From Pseudolysinimonas sp. (GTDB taxonomy: Bacteria; Actinomycetota; Actinomycetes; Actinomycetales; Microbacteriaceae), in assembly GCA_035554115.1 (NCBI GenBank), contig DATMIW010000070.1, forward strand, positions 18,742-82,741: DNA of 64,000 nucleotides. The letters are read 5' to 3'. Below, piece by piece: positions 8,405-17,403 of the stretch (positions within the stretch are counted from its first letter, which is position 1; each line of letters starts with the position of its first letter). Position numbers and translations under genes: made by a program. Below the pieces are notes generated by a model. The model was given only the letters and a program-made list of their open reading frames with translations. It had not been told where the DNA came from and ran no database searches.

Positions 8405-11263
8405 ATGCTTCCGCTCCCCGCCCCTGAACGTATAGCCCTCCCCGTACTCGCGAATTCCGCCGGCCGCACGGGATTTCCCCTCGTCGCAACCTTGGCACCT
8501 GTGGGAATGTCACTTGCTCTCTGGGCGATTACGCAATCGCCGGCGAGCCTGCTGTTCGCCCTTTTGGGTCCGCTGGTGGCAATCGGGGGTCTCATCGACG
8601 GGCGGGTATCGCGTCGCAAAAATGTGCGGCGAGAGCGTCAGAGATTCGCCCAGTCCCTCGAACGCATTCGGGAACGCATAGTCGAGGCGCACCAGCGCGA
8701 AATCCGACGACAGGAAAGCCTGGCACCGCACTGTCCACGCGACGAATCCGACAATGAGCTTCCGGCCAGCAAGCTATGGACAGAAGCGCCGGATGCCCCT
8801 GTCCCGGTGCTGCTCGGGAGGGCGGACCTCCCGAGTCGTCTCGAACTCACGGGCGACGATCCCGACGAGGCACCGGCTCCCCTTCGGAGTGCCATTGCCG
8901 ATCTTCGCGCGACTGCCGCCATCGTGAAGCAGGCGCCTGTTGTGGCCGACGCCCGCGACGGAATCGGCGTCATTGGTCCGTCGACGCTCGCAGCTGCCAC
9001 GGCGAGAGCGGTGGCCGTTCAAATCGCGGCGACCTTGTCGCCCGCCGGGACCACGGTTCGCGCTCCAGCCTCCGAAATGTGGGTTTCAGCACTTCCGCAC
9101 GCAACAGCTTTCGCAGACCACATGGCTTTTCGTTTTGTGACGGATGGACAGACGATGACTGTGGCGTGGGCGAAGGAACGTCGCGAGCTGTCACGTGACT
9201 GTGCGCTAGTGATTGATGTGGGCGGCGAGCCACGCCACGAGGAACATATTGGGCACGAATTCTCTCCTGTAGCCGTTTCTCGTTCGAGAGCCCACCGCAA
9301 CGCACAGCGGCTGGCGAAAGTCGCGGACGCGCACAATATTGTCCCGGCATCATCGCGGCTGCCCCATCGAGTCGATCTGGGTGATCTTCTCGATGAGGCG
9401 CGTATCTCAGAGGTGGCGCCACCGACGGGATCTCTTGCGGTGCCACTGGGGCGGGACGCGATCGGAAAGGTGATGGTCGACCTCGTGACCGACGGCCCGC
9501 ATGCCATCGTGGCGGGCACCACAGGGTCCGGTAAGAGCGAACTCCTGGTTTCGTGGGTTCTGGCGCTCGCGGCGACGCGCACACCCGACGAGGTCGTGTT
9601 CGTGCTGATCGACTTCAAAGGGGGTGCCGCTTTCGCTCCTCTCGCGGGCGTTCCCCATGTGCTCGCAACCTTGAGCGATCTAGACGCTCGGCTCACGCGG
9701 CGGGCAATTGACAGTCTGCGTGCCGAACTGCTGCACCGCGAACGCACCCTTGCGGCGCATCACGCGCGGTCGATCGCAGATCTTCCGGGCGGTGTCCTGC
9801 CGCGCCTTGTCATAGTTGTTGACGAATTCGCTGCAGTAGTCGGCGCGAATCCCGAATTGCATGATGTATTCGCCGATCTAGCGGCTCGTGGCCGTTCGCT
9901 CGGTATGCATCTGATCCTCTGCACGCAACGACCGTCGGGGGTCATTCGTGATGCCGTTCTCGCCAATGTGACCCTGCGGATCTCGCTCCGGGTCATGGAT
10001 CGAGCCGACAGCGTGGCGATGCTGGGCAGCGATATCGCGTTCCGCCTTCCAGTCGAGCCGAGCGGACGTGCTGTGGCAGTCGGCACAACAGCGAGCTCAG
10101 GCGAAAGAGGTGCCCCTGCCGATCCTCACGAGCTCCAGCTCGCAATCGCGCATTTCGCCGACGCAAGCCGAGCCCGTGAGGGCATTCATGGGGCGACTCG
10201 GCGCCCGTGGCACGACCCACTCCCCGCTCGCTTGGAAGTATCAGAGCTACCCGAGGTCGAATCCGGAATACCGTTTGGGCTGCTCGACCTCCCAGGGGAA
10301 CAGCGACAGCCGGTCGCCGTGTATGAACCGCGCGACCATGGATCTCTGCTCATCACAGGCGCCGGAGGTGCCGGCAAGACGCAGGCCGTCACCACCCTGG
10401 GCTGCGCGGCGCGCGAACGGGAGTATGACGTGATCGTGGTTCCCTCGCGCCCCGCTGATGCGTGGTCGTGCGTTGCCGCAGAGCTGGCTCGAGCTGAGCC
10501 GGCGCGCCGGGTGATGATATTCGACGACCTCGACCTGCTGAGCGACAGATTCAACTCGGACTACCGGCACGAGTTCGTCGACATGGTGATGCGCCTCGTA
10601 CGGGAGGCCTCGTCGCGTCAGCTCGGCATGGTCATGTCGGCTCATCGCATGACGGGCGCCCTATCTTCGCTCGCACAGATGATGGGGTCCCGACTGCTGC
10701 TCCGGCAGGTCACTCGCGACGAGCATGTTCTCGCTGGCGGAAGCAGTACACACTATGACGCGGATGCGCCGCCGGGTTCCGGCACATGGCGCGGTGACGT
10801 GATCCAGGTCGCAATTAGCGACTCAGAAGCCGCCGCAATGCCGCGCACCGACGCTTCACGGGTTCCCGAAGTACGTGTCGCTGAACATGAGGTTCTCGCC
10901 ATCGTCACCCCGCGTCCACGCGGCATCGTAGCTCAGCTCAACACGCAGAGCGTGCGTGTCGTTGATGTCGGCGAGCGTTCTTCGCTGAGTCCGGGTGCGC
11001 CGACCGAGCTGCGTATCTCCACGGGTGCGCAGCCCACTGTGCTCATAGGCGACCCGGAAGCATGGCAGGCGGACTGGGCCCTCCTCACGCAGGTGAGGCG
11101 CGAGGTCCCGATCGTGATGATCGGATGTTCGCCGGCCGATCATCGCGCGATATTGCGTGATCGTGAGCTCCCTCCGCCGCTCGAGGCGTCAGCCGACGAA
11201 TGCTGGCTCGCCGACGGAGGCAGGACGATTCGAGCGCTCTGGGCCGACAGGATGGCGCCATGA
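8405..11263 (+). CDS. FtsK/SpoIIIE-family (EccC/EssC-like) multi-P-loop membrane ATPase
   Basis: Two N-terminal TM helices. P-loop 1 is 'VAGTTGSGKSELL' with Walker B 'RLVIVVDEFAAVV'. P-loop 2 is 'ITGAGGAGKTQAV' with 'VMIFDDLDLL'. Flanking segments look like degenerate P-loop folds. ATG 8405 follows a GGGGG run. Confidence 0.85.
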   Translation: MLPLPAPERIALPVLANSAGRTGFPLVATLAPVGMSLALWAITQSPASLLFALLGPLVAIGGLIDGRVSRRKNVRRERQRFAQSLERIRERIVEAHQREIRRQESLAPHCPRDESDNELPASKLWTEAPDAPVPVLLGRADLPSRLELTGDDPDEAPAPLRSAIADLRATAAIVKQAPVVADARDGIGVIGPSTLAAATARAVAVQIAATLSPAGTTVRAPASEMWVSALPHATAFADHMAFRFVTDGQTMTVAWAKERRELSRDCALVIDVGGEPRHEEHIGHEFSPVAVSRSRAHRNAQRLAKVADAHNIVPASSRLPHRVDLGDLLDEARISEVAPPTGSLAVPLGRDAIGKVMVDLVTDGPHAIVAGTTGSGKSELLVSWVLALAATRTPDEVVFVLIDFKGGAAFAPLAGVPHVLATLSDLDARLTRRAIDSLRAELLHRERTLAAHHARSIADLPGGVLPRLVIVVDEFAAVVGANPELHDVFADLAARGRSLGMHLILCTQRPSGVIRDAVLANVTLRISLRVMDRADSVAMLGSDIAFRLPVEPSGRAVAVGTTASSGERGAPADPHELQLAIAHFADASRAREGIHGATRRPWHDPLPARLEVSELPEVESGIPFGLLDLPGEQRQPVAVYEPRDHGSLLITGAGGAGKTQAVTTLGCAAREREYDVIVVPSRPADAWSCVAAELARAEPARRVMIFDDLDLLSDRFNSDYRHEFVDMVMRLVREASSRQLGMVMSAHRMTGALSSLAQMMGSRLLLRQVTRDEHVLAGGSSTHYDADAPPGSGTWRGDVIQVAISDSEAAAMPRTDASRVPEVRVAEHEVLAIVTPRPRGIVAQLNTQSVRVVDVGERSSLSPGAPTELRISTGAQPTVLIGDPEAWQADWALLTQVRREVPIVMIGCSPADHRAILRDRELPPPLEASADECWLADGGRTIRALWADRMAP

Positions 11264-11423
11264 ATCCGCCCCAATACAGGGGACGATTTCACAAAAAACC
11301 CTGATCCGGCTTGGTCGGCGCGCGTGGTGCCACTCTCGCAGGTGGCATTTGATATGCCAGTATCTAGCACGACGCGCCGTTGCGTCACCGCCGCCTTCCG
11401 AATGACCCGAAGGAGCATCACCC

Positions 11424-12629
11424 ATGGCTCGCTCGTTGCCCGCCGATCCCGTGATCAGATCCCTCGTCACAGAGGCACGCCGAGCACACCTCAGCCGCCG
11501 CACTGTTCTCGCCGGCGTCGGCGTGGGCGCTTCCGCCCTCGCCCTAGCCGCATGCGCACCCGGAGCATCGGGAAAGCCGACCCCGCCGCCAGACAATTCC
11601 GCCCGCGACAAGAAGGTCGTGTGGGCAGCACGCTCCGGTCGAGTCGACACAACAGACACCGGATCCCACCCCACTCTCCAGAAGTTCACAGACGAGAGCG
11701 GCGTGGCCGTCAACTACGACGACACGATCGGGAACAGTTACAACTTCTTCTCCAAGTTCAAGACCCAGCTTTCTCAGGGCCAAGATATTGGCATCGATGT
11801 GGCCTCTCTCTCCGACTGGCAGACTGCTCGCCTGATCGACCTCGGATACATCCAAGAGCTCGACCATGCCGAACTTCCCAATTTCACCAACCTCGACCCG
11901 GATCTCCTTACTGTCGGCTATGACGCAAAGCGCCAGTACACCCTGCCGTGGCAGGGGGGCATGACGGGCATCTGCTGGAACAAAGCTGCTCTCCCCGACG
12001 GATTGCGTAAAGTCTCCGAGCTGTGGGGCCCTACGCTCGCCGGGCACGTGGGTATTGTTCCCGAGATGCGGGACACGATCGGCCTCATCATGCTCGACCA
12101 GGGCATCGACATCTCGTCCGACTGGCGAGAGTTGTATTTCGACGACGCCAGCGCATTCCTCGAGCGCCAGCTGGGTGGCCAGATCCGGTTCTCCAAGAGC
12201 AGTTCATATCTGCAAGACCTCGTCAACGGCGACACAGTTGCATCTATCTGCCGTTCGGGGGACATCACCGTTCTCAATGCCACCCACGGGGACCAGTGGG
12301 AGTTTGCGATCCCGGATTCCGGCGGAGTTCTCTGGTACGACAACTTTGTGGTGCCGATCGGTTCACGGCGCAAGGCCAACGCTGAAAAGCTCATGAACTA
12401 CTACTACGAGCCCGAAGTGGCCGCTGAGGTGGCGGCCTGGACCGGCTATATGCCCCCGGTCGAGGGCGCCCAGGCGGCGATGGCTGATATCGACCCGAGC
12501 CTGGTCGACAACCAGCAACTGTTCCCGAACGCGGCAACACAGGCGTCCGTTAAGCAGTTCCGACCTCTGAACGCCGCGGAGTCGCAGACATTCGAGGCGG
12601 CGTTCCAAAGCCTGCTGCTCGGCGCCTAG
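11424..12629 (+). CDS. Polyamine (spermidine/putrescine, PotD/PotF-like) ABC transporter substrate-binding lipoprotein
   Basis: Tat-like 'SRRTVLAGVGVGASALALAAC' signal with a lipobox Cys. The family-1 SBP body resembles PotD/PotF ('YTLPWQGGMTGICWNK'). GAAGGAG Shine-Dalgarno at 11410-11416. Confidence 0.78.
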   Translation: MARSLPADPVIRSLVTEARRAHLSRRTVLAGVGVGASALALAACAPGASGKPTPPPDNSARDKKVVWAARSGRVDTTDTGSHPTLQKFTDESGVAVNYDDTIGNSYNFFSKFKTQLSQGQDIGIDVASLSDWQTARLIDLGYIQELDHAELPNFTNLDPDLLTVGYDAKRQYTLPWQGGMTGICWNKAALPDGLRKVSELWGPTLAGHVGIVPEMRDTIGLIMLDQGIDISSDWRELYFDDASAFLERQLGGQIRFSKSSSYLQDLVNGDTVASICRSGDITVLNATHGDQWEFAIPDSGGVLWYDNFVVPIGSRRKANAEKLMNYYYEPEVAAEVAAWTGYMPPVEGAQAAMADIDPSLVDNQQLFPNAATQASVKQFRPLNAAESQTFEAAFQSLLLGA

Positions 12630-12679
12630 CTTCGCCGAGCCTCGTGCCGGCGAGCGGTTAGCACCGAGTCGCACGCCGC

Positions 12680-13783
12680 TTAGAGCTGGGTCGTATCCGG
12701 TGCGCTCGTGCTGTCGAGTTTCGTATACAGCTCGGCGTAGTCGCTGTCGAGCGCGACAAGTTCGGCGACCTTTCCGTTATAGATTTCGACGTCGCTGTTC
12801 AGAGACGTCAGTTCTGTCTGCAGGGCCGCTTGACGATCGACCAGCACTTGGCGCGCAGTCCGGAACTCGGTCTCGCTCGTGAAGCCTCCACTGTCGGCGC
12901 GGGCGTTGAACGCGCTGATATCGACGTCGAGTTGGGCCGAGGCCGCGGTGAATGCTGATTGTCGTGCGGTGAGTGCGGCATCCATGGCGTCGAGATCGGA
13001 TGCCAGAGCGGCAAGCTTGGCCTCGAACGCGTCGAGGACGGCTACCGACCGCTGGAACAAGCTGAGGACTTTGGCGCGACTATCGAAGTAGTGGGCGTAA
13101 TGCGCTTCGAGTTTCTTCGGCAGTTTCGAATACTCGGTCCCCAGCCGCGAATGCCATTCGTCGGCGAAGTCCGCCTCGGCATAGCCGTCTTGCAGCGTCG
13201 CGAAGGTCTTGTCGTCCGAGGGCAGCGTTGCTACATAGGAAGCGACAAGTTTGTCCACCTCGTGCCGTTCGGCCTCCGACATGCGTTGGTACGCCGCGTG
13301 GAGCATTTCGTGCGCTGCGGTGACCTCCATGGTGCCGGTCAGTCGGGTATCCGTCACCCGGTAGATAAAGATGTCGGTGCCATCGAAACAGCCCAGAGTG
13401 CCTTCTGTCTCAACGCTGCAGTCTGCATTGAACGCTGTCGCGTTCTCGATTTCGGGGGTGGAAGCAAGGAAAATGCGTCGACCGGTCTCGTTCATGCCCG
13501 TAGCTGCGGCCAACGACACGACGGCGGCACTCGAAGGCTCGGTGAGAACCGTGTATTCGTCGGCGAAGAACTGTTGGCGTGCCGAATCCCAGGGCGCAAT
13601 GACAATGAGGGCAGCGATGACCACGACGCCCACGGCAACGCCGACGATAGGGAGTGTCCTGCGGCGAGTTGATGTGCCCCGATGGTGGCCGCCGAGCGCA
13701 TGCCGCGGGGGAGTGTCAGGCAGCGGCTCATGTCGCAACGCGGGGTCGGCTTCGAGGCGATCCTCGGTGCCGGCGGTCGTCAT
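12680..13783 (-). CDS. Membrane-anchored hypothetical protein with HExxH zincin-like motif and C-terminal coiled coil
   Basis: One TM helix ('LPIVGVAVGVVVIAALIVIAPW'), an extracytoplasmic 'TAAHEMLHAAY' motif, and a long Ala/Leu/Asp/Glu-rich heptad-like C-terminus. No confident family assignment. Confidence 0.6.
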   Translation of the reverse strand: MTTAGTEDRLEADPALRHEPLPDTPPRHALGGHHRGTSTRRRTLPIVGVAVGVVVIAALIVIAPWDSARQQFFADEYTVLTEPSSAAVVSLAAATGMNETGRRIFLASTPEIENATAFNADCSVETEGTLGCFDGTDIFIYRVTDTRLTGTMEVTAAHEMLHAAYQRMSEAERHEVDKLVASYVATLPSDDKTFATLQDGYAEADFADEWHSRLGTEYSKLPKKLEAHYAHYFDSRAKVLSLFQRSVAVLDAFEAKLAALASDLDAMDAALTARQSAFTAASAQLDVDISAFNARADSGGFTSETEFRTARQVLVDRQAALQTELTSLNSDVEIYNGKVAELVALDSDYAELYTKLDSTSAPDTTQL

Positions 13784-13887
13784 GGCATCAGCGTATCCAG
13801 CGTGTGCCGGTATGACGCACGCATGCCACGCGCATGCCGCACGCAGTATTCACCTGACCCGCAGGAATTCTGGGCCAGGATGGGGGG

Positions 13888-14853
13888 ATGCTTCGCACCC
13901 GCGCCTTCGTGGCCGCCCTGACCATTTCCGTTCTCGGCATCAGCCTGGCCGCCTGCTCATCAGGCGCGCCAGATCCGTCGTCCTCGGCGTCATCGGCCGC
14001 CACGGCCTGTTCGCCCGCGGGCGAGGCGTCGAAGTCGATAGCTGTGACAGGCAAGGTGGGGACGGCTCCGACCGTCACGATTCCGTTCCCCGTGTCGACA
14101 GACATCACCGAGAGGACAGTCACGGTCAAGGGTTCCGGGACCGCTGCCAAGGCAGGCGACAAGGTGCGGACGCAGTTCACGATCTATAACGCGACGACGG
14201 GTGAAGTGCTGACGTCTACGGGCTACGGCGAGGGGACAGCCCTTACCCTGAGCCTCGACGAGCAGACCCTTGCCGGCTTTACCAAGGCTTTGCTCTGCGC
14301 GAAGCCCGGTTCCCGCATCACGGCGGTCATTCCGCCCGCCGACGCATTCGGAGCCCAGGGCTATTCAGGCGACGAGTTTTCGATCAGCGGTAAAGACTCG
14401 GTTGTTTTCGTAGCCGATGTGCTGAAGCCCCTGCCGCCGTTGACCCCCAAGGCGTGGAAAGACAACGTCCCGACAGTGACGTACACAGGCGATGTTCCGA
14501 CGGTCACCCTTCCGCAGACACCGGCGCCCACAGATCTCCTTCGCAAGGTCCTCACGAAAGGGACCGGCGCCACAGTTGGCGCGTCCGACACCGTGACTCT
14601 CGATTACCACGGCATCAGTTGGACCACGGGTGAAGTGTTCGACGAAAGCTTCACCAAGAAGCCCATCAGTCTCACGGCGAGCAGCTTCGTACCCGGCTTC
14701 TCGGCGGCAATCATCGGGCAAAAGGTCGGGACCACTTTGCTCGTGTCGATCCCGCCCGTCGACGGCTACGGCGTCGACCCCGCGGCGCATGAGCTCGGTG
14801 GTCAGACTCTCGTGTTCCTGGTGAAGATCGAGAAGACGGCCAAGGCCGGGTGA
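13888..14853 (+). CDS. FKBP-type peptidyl-prolyl cis-trans isomerase lipoprotein (two FKBP domains)
   Basis: Lipobox 'SLAAC'. FKBP signatures '[20 protein letters not shown]' and '[29 protein letters not shown]', plus an upstream degenerate copy. Confidence 0.85.
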   Translation: MLRTRAFVAALTISVLGISLAACSSGAPDPSSSASSAATACSPAGEASKSIAVTGKVGTAPTVTIPFPVSTDITERTVTVKGSGTAAKAGDKVRTQFTIYNATTGEVLTSTGYGEGTALTLSLDEQTLAGFTKALLCAKPGSRITAVIPPADAFGAQGYSGDEFSISGKDSVVFVADVLKPLPPLTPKAWKDNVPTVTYTGDVPTVTLPQTPAPTDLLRKVLTKGTGATVGASDTVTLDYHGISWTTGEVFDESFTKKPISLTASSFVPGFSAAIIGQKVGTTLLVSIPPVDGYGVDPAAHELGGQTLVFLVKIEKTAKAG

Positions 14854-15935
14854 CCCGGATGCGCCGCGTCATCATCCTCGGGTCCACCGGCTCGATCGGG
14901 GTTCAGGCCCTCCATGTGATTGCCGCGAACCGCGACAGTTTCGAGGTTGTGGGACTGGCAGCGGGCAGCAACCGAGAGGCCCTCGCTGCTCAGGCCCTCG
15001 CCGTGGGCACCGATCGGACGGCGCTCGGAGTGGATGAAGCCGTCGCTCTAGTGCGCGACACTCCCGCCGATGTGGTGCTCAACGCCATCACCGGATCTGT
15101 TGGTCTGGCCCCCACTCTCGCCGCACTCGAAGCGGGAACGACTCTCGCTCTCGCCAACAAAGAGAGCCTCATCGTCGGAGGAGCGCTCGTCACGGAAGCA
15201 GCAGCGCCGGGGCAGATCGTGCCGGTCGACTCGGAACATTCCGCAATCGCGCAAGCTCTGCAGTCCGGTACTCACGCCGAGGTCCGTAGGCTTGTGCTCA
15301 CCGCATCCGGAGGTCCGTTTCGGGGGCGCAGTCGAGAGTCGCTCATGGCGGTCACTCCCGCCGAGGCTCTCGCGCATCCGACCTGGGATATGGGTCTCGT
15401 GGTCACGACCAACTCGTCGACCCTCGTCAATAAGGGCCTCGAGGTCATCGAAGCCCATCTGCTGTTTGACGTGCCCTATGACCGCATCGATGTGACGGTG
15501 CACCCACAATCGATAGTCCACTCGATGGTGGAGTTCGTCGACGGATCGACGATTGCGCAAGCGAGCCCGCCGGACATGCGACTCCCGATCTCTCTCGGTC
15601 TGGATTGGCCGCACCGGGTACCGGGTGTCGGCGTTCCCCTCGACTGGACGACAGCGCAGACGTGGACCTTTGAACCTCTCGACAATGTGGCATTTCCTGC
15701 TGTCGAGCTTGCGAAGCGTGTCGGGATCGCCGGGGCGACGTATCCGGCGGCGTTCAATGCGGCCAATGAGCAGGCCGTTGCCGCTTTCCATGCGGGCCGG
15801 ATCGGATACCTCGATATTCTCGACATCGTTGAGCGGGTTGTTGGGGAACACGCTCCCGGTGAGCTCACCCTCGGCGGTGTGCTGGAGGCCGAGGCTGACG
15901 CCCGACGCCAGGCAGATCTGCTGATCGCGAGATAG
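14850..15935 (+). CDS. dxr: 1-deoxy-D-xylulose-5-phosphate reductoisomerase
   Basis: '[13 protein letters not shown]' NADPH-binding N-terminus, '[11 protein letters not shown]' and '[14 protein letters not shown]'. The GTG start overlaps the FKBP stop; ATG 14859 is an alternative start. Confidence 0.93.
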   Translation: MTRMRRVIILGSTGSIGVQALHVIAANRDSFEVVGLAAGSNREALAAQALAVGTDRTALGVDEAVALVRDTPADVVLNAITGSVGLAPTLAALEAGTTLALANKESLIVGGALVTEAAAPGQIVPVDSEHSAIAQALQSGTHAEVRRLVLTASGGPFRGRSRESLMAVTPAEALAHPTWDMGLVVTTNSSTLVNKGLEVIEAHLLFDVPYDRIDVTVHPQSIVHSMVEFVDGSTIAQASPPDMRLPISLGLDWPHRVPGVGVPLDWTTAQTWTFEPLDNVAFPAVELAKRVGIAGATYPAAFNAANEQAVAAFHAGRIGYLDILDIVERVVGEHAPGELTLGGVLEAEADARRQADLLIAR

Positions 15936-16014
15936 CGGGCGGAGCGCGGCGGTGGTGCCGCGGCCCGCGTACGCGGGGGCGCGTTCCCAGCACGGCTGAA
16001 TTACAGTTCTCGAC

Positions 16015-17343
16015 GTGGAAACCGTGCTGCTGTACATCCTCGGCGTCGTCCTGATTTTCGTGGGCCTCGTCGTGTCGATTGGCCTGCACGAGATCGGCCA
16101 CCTCATTCCCGCCAAGAAATTCGGGGTCAAGGTGGGTCAATACATGATCGGCTTCGGCCCGACCTTGTTCTCCCGAAAGAAGGGCGAGACCGAATACGGC
16201 ATCAAGGCCGTCCCGCTCGGGGGGTACATTTCGATGGCCGGCATGTATCCGCCGGCCAAGTCCGGGGGCAAGGCGCGTACGGCATCCACGGGCTTCTTCC
16301 AGACCTTGGTGCAGGATGCCCGCACATCGTCCGCAGACACCGTATCGGCAGGAGATGAGCACCGCACTTTCTACAAGCTCGCCACCTGGAAGCGCGTGGT
16401 CATCATGCTCGGCGGCCCAACTATGAACCTGCTGATCGCGGTTGTGCTGTTCGGCATCCTGCTCGTCGGCTTTGGCATTCCGCAGGCGACGACGACGATC
16501 GGTGGGGTGTCTACGTGCGTCCTCCCTGCGACGAGCGAAAAGACCACGTGTGAACCGGATGACAGCGCGTCTCCTGCCGCGGCATCCGGTCTGCTGCCGG
16601 GCGACCGGATCGTGAGCATTGACGGAACGGCCATTAGCTCGTCCGCTCAGGCCACCGCCGTCATCCGCAGGTCAGCCGGTGACGAGTTGTCGGTCGTGGT
16701 GGAGCGTAAGGGTGCGAACAAGACGGTGGCGGTGACACCTTTGTTGACCGAGCGGGCCGTCACCGACGAAGCGGGCACTCCGCTCAAGAACGCTGACGGT
16801 TCACTCAAGACCACCAAAGTCGGGATCATCGGTGTGACTTTCGCGCAAGCCACCGTCCAGCAGCCTGTTACTGCTGTGCTTCCCGCAGTGGGCGACAACA
16901 TCGTCGCTGTGACCAAGGTGATTGTCACGCTGCCTCAGCGGCTCGTTCAGGTGGGGCAGGCCGCCTTCGGAGGCGATAAGCGTGATCCCAATGGACCGAT
17001 CAGCGTTGTGGGGGTGGGCCGGCTGGCCGGCGAGATTACCGCCGAACAGCGTTTTCCGGTGATGGACCGCGTTCGGACGATTCTGGGAATGCTTGCGGGG
17101 CTGAACGTGGCGCTCTTCGTCTTCAACCTCATCCCGCTGCTGCCTCTTGACGGAGGCCATGTGATCGGTGCTCTCTGGGAGGCATTGCGTCGCGGTCTTG
17201 CGCGCCTGTTCAAGCGCAAGGATCCGGGACCGGTCGACACCGCAAAGCTCGTCCCCCTGACTCTGGTCATCACAATGGTGATCGGGGCATCGTCGCTTTT
17301 GCTCATCTACGCGGACATCGTCAACCCGGTTTCGATTCTGTAG
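16015..17343 (+). CDS. M50-family site-2 (RIP) zinc metalloprotease, RseP/Rip1-like
   Basis: 'HEIGHLIPAKKFGV' HExxH in TM1, a PDZ segment 'AASGLLPGDRIVSIDG', and 'NLIPLLPLDGGH'. It occupies the conserved position between dxr and ispG. Confidence 0.9.
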   Translation: METVLLYILGVVLIFVGLVVSIGLHEIGHLIPAKKFGVKVGQYMIGFGPTLFSRKKGETEYGIKAVPLGGYISMAGMYPPAKSGGKARTASTGFFQTLVQDARTSSADTVSAGDEHRTFYKLATWKRVVIMLGGPTMNLLIAVVLFGILLVGFGIPQATTTIGGVSTCVLPATSEKTTCEPDDSASPAAASGLLPGDRIVSIDGTAISSSAQATAVIRRSAGDELSVVVERKGANKTVAVTPLLTERAVTDEAGTPLKNADGSLKTTKVGIIGVTFAQATVQQPVTAVLPAVGDNIVAVTKVIVTLPQRLVQVGQAAFGGDKRDPNGPISVVGVGRLAGEITAEQRFPVMDRVRTILGMLAGLNVALFVFNLIPLLPLDGGHVIGALWEALRRGLARLFKRKDPGPVDTAKLVPLTLVITMVIGASSLLLIYADIVNPVSIL

Positions 17344-17403
17344 ATCGGGTGGGTGCAGCCCGCGCACCCAGCCGCCCCGGAGCGGGCCCCGTAGAATCGG
17401 GGC

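Noticed and set aside
7490-11263. Calling the FHA plus FtsK-like pair a type VII (ESX) secretion locus
   Set aside because: No WXG100-size ORFs and no EccB/EccD/EccE/MycP-like genes are nearby, and the ATPase has only two intact P-loops. I kept it as 'EccC/EssC-like ATPase of unknown system'.
15935-15968. GC-rich nested hairpin after dxr (GCGGGC..CGCGGC-ggtggt-GCCGCG-GCCCGC), considered as a terminator
   Set aside because: The structure is real in sequence but has no T-tract. It sits between genes that are usually co-transcribed (dxr and the M50 protease). The evidence is too weak to annotate it as a terminator.
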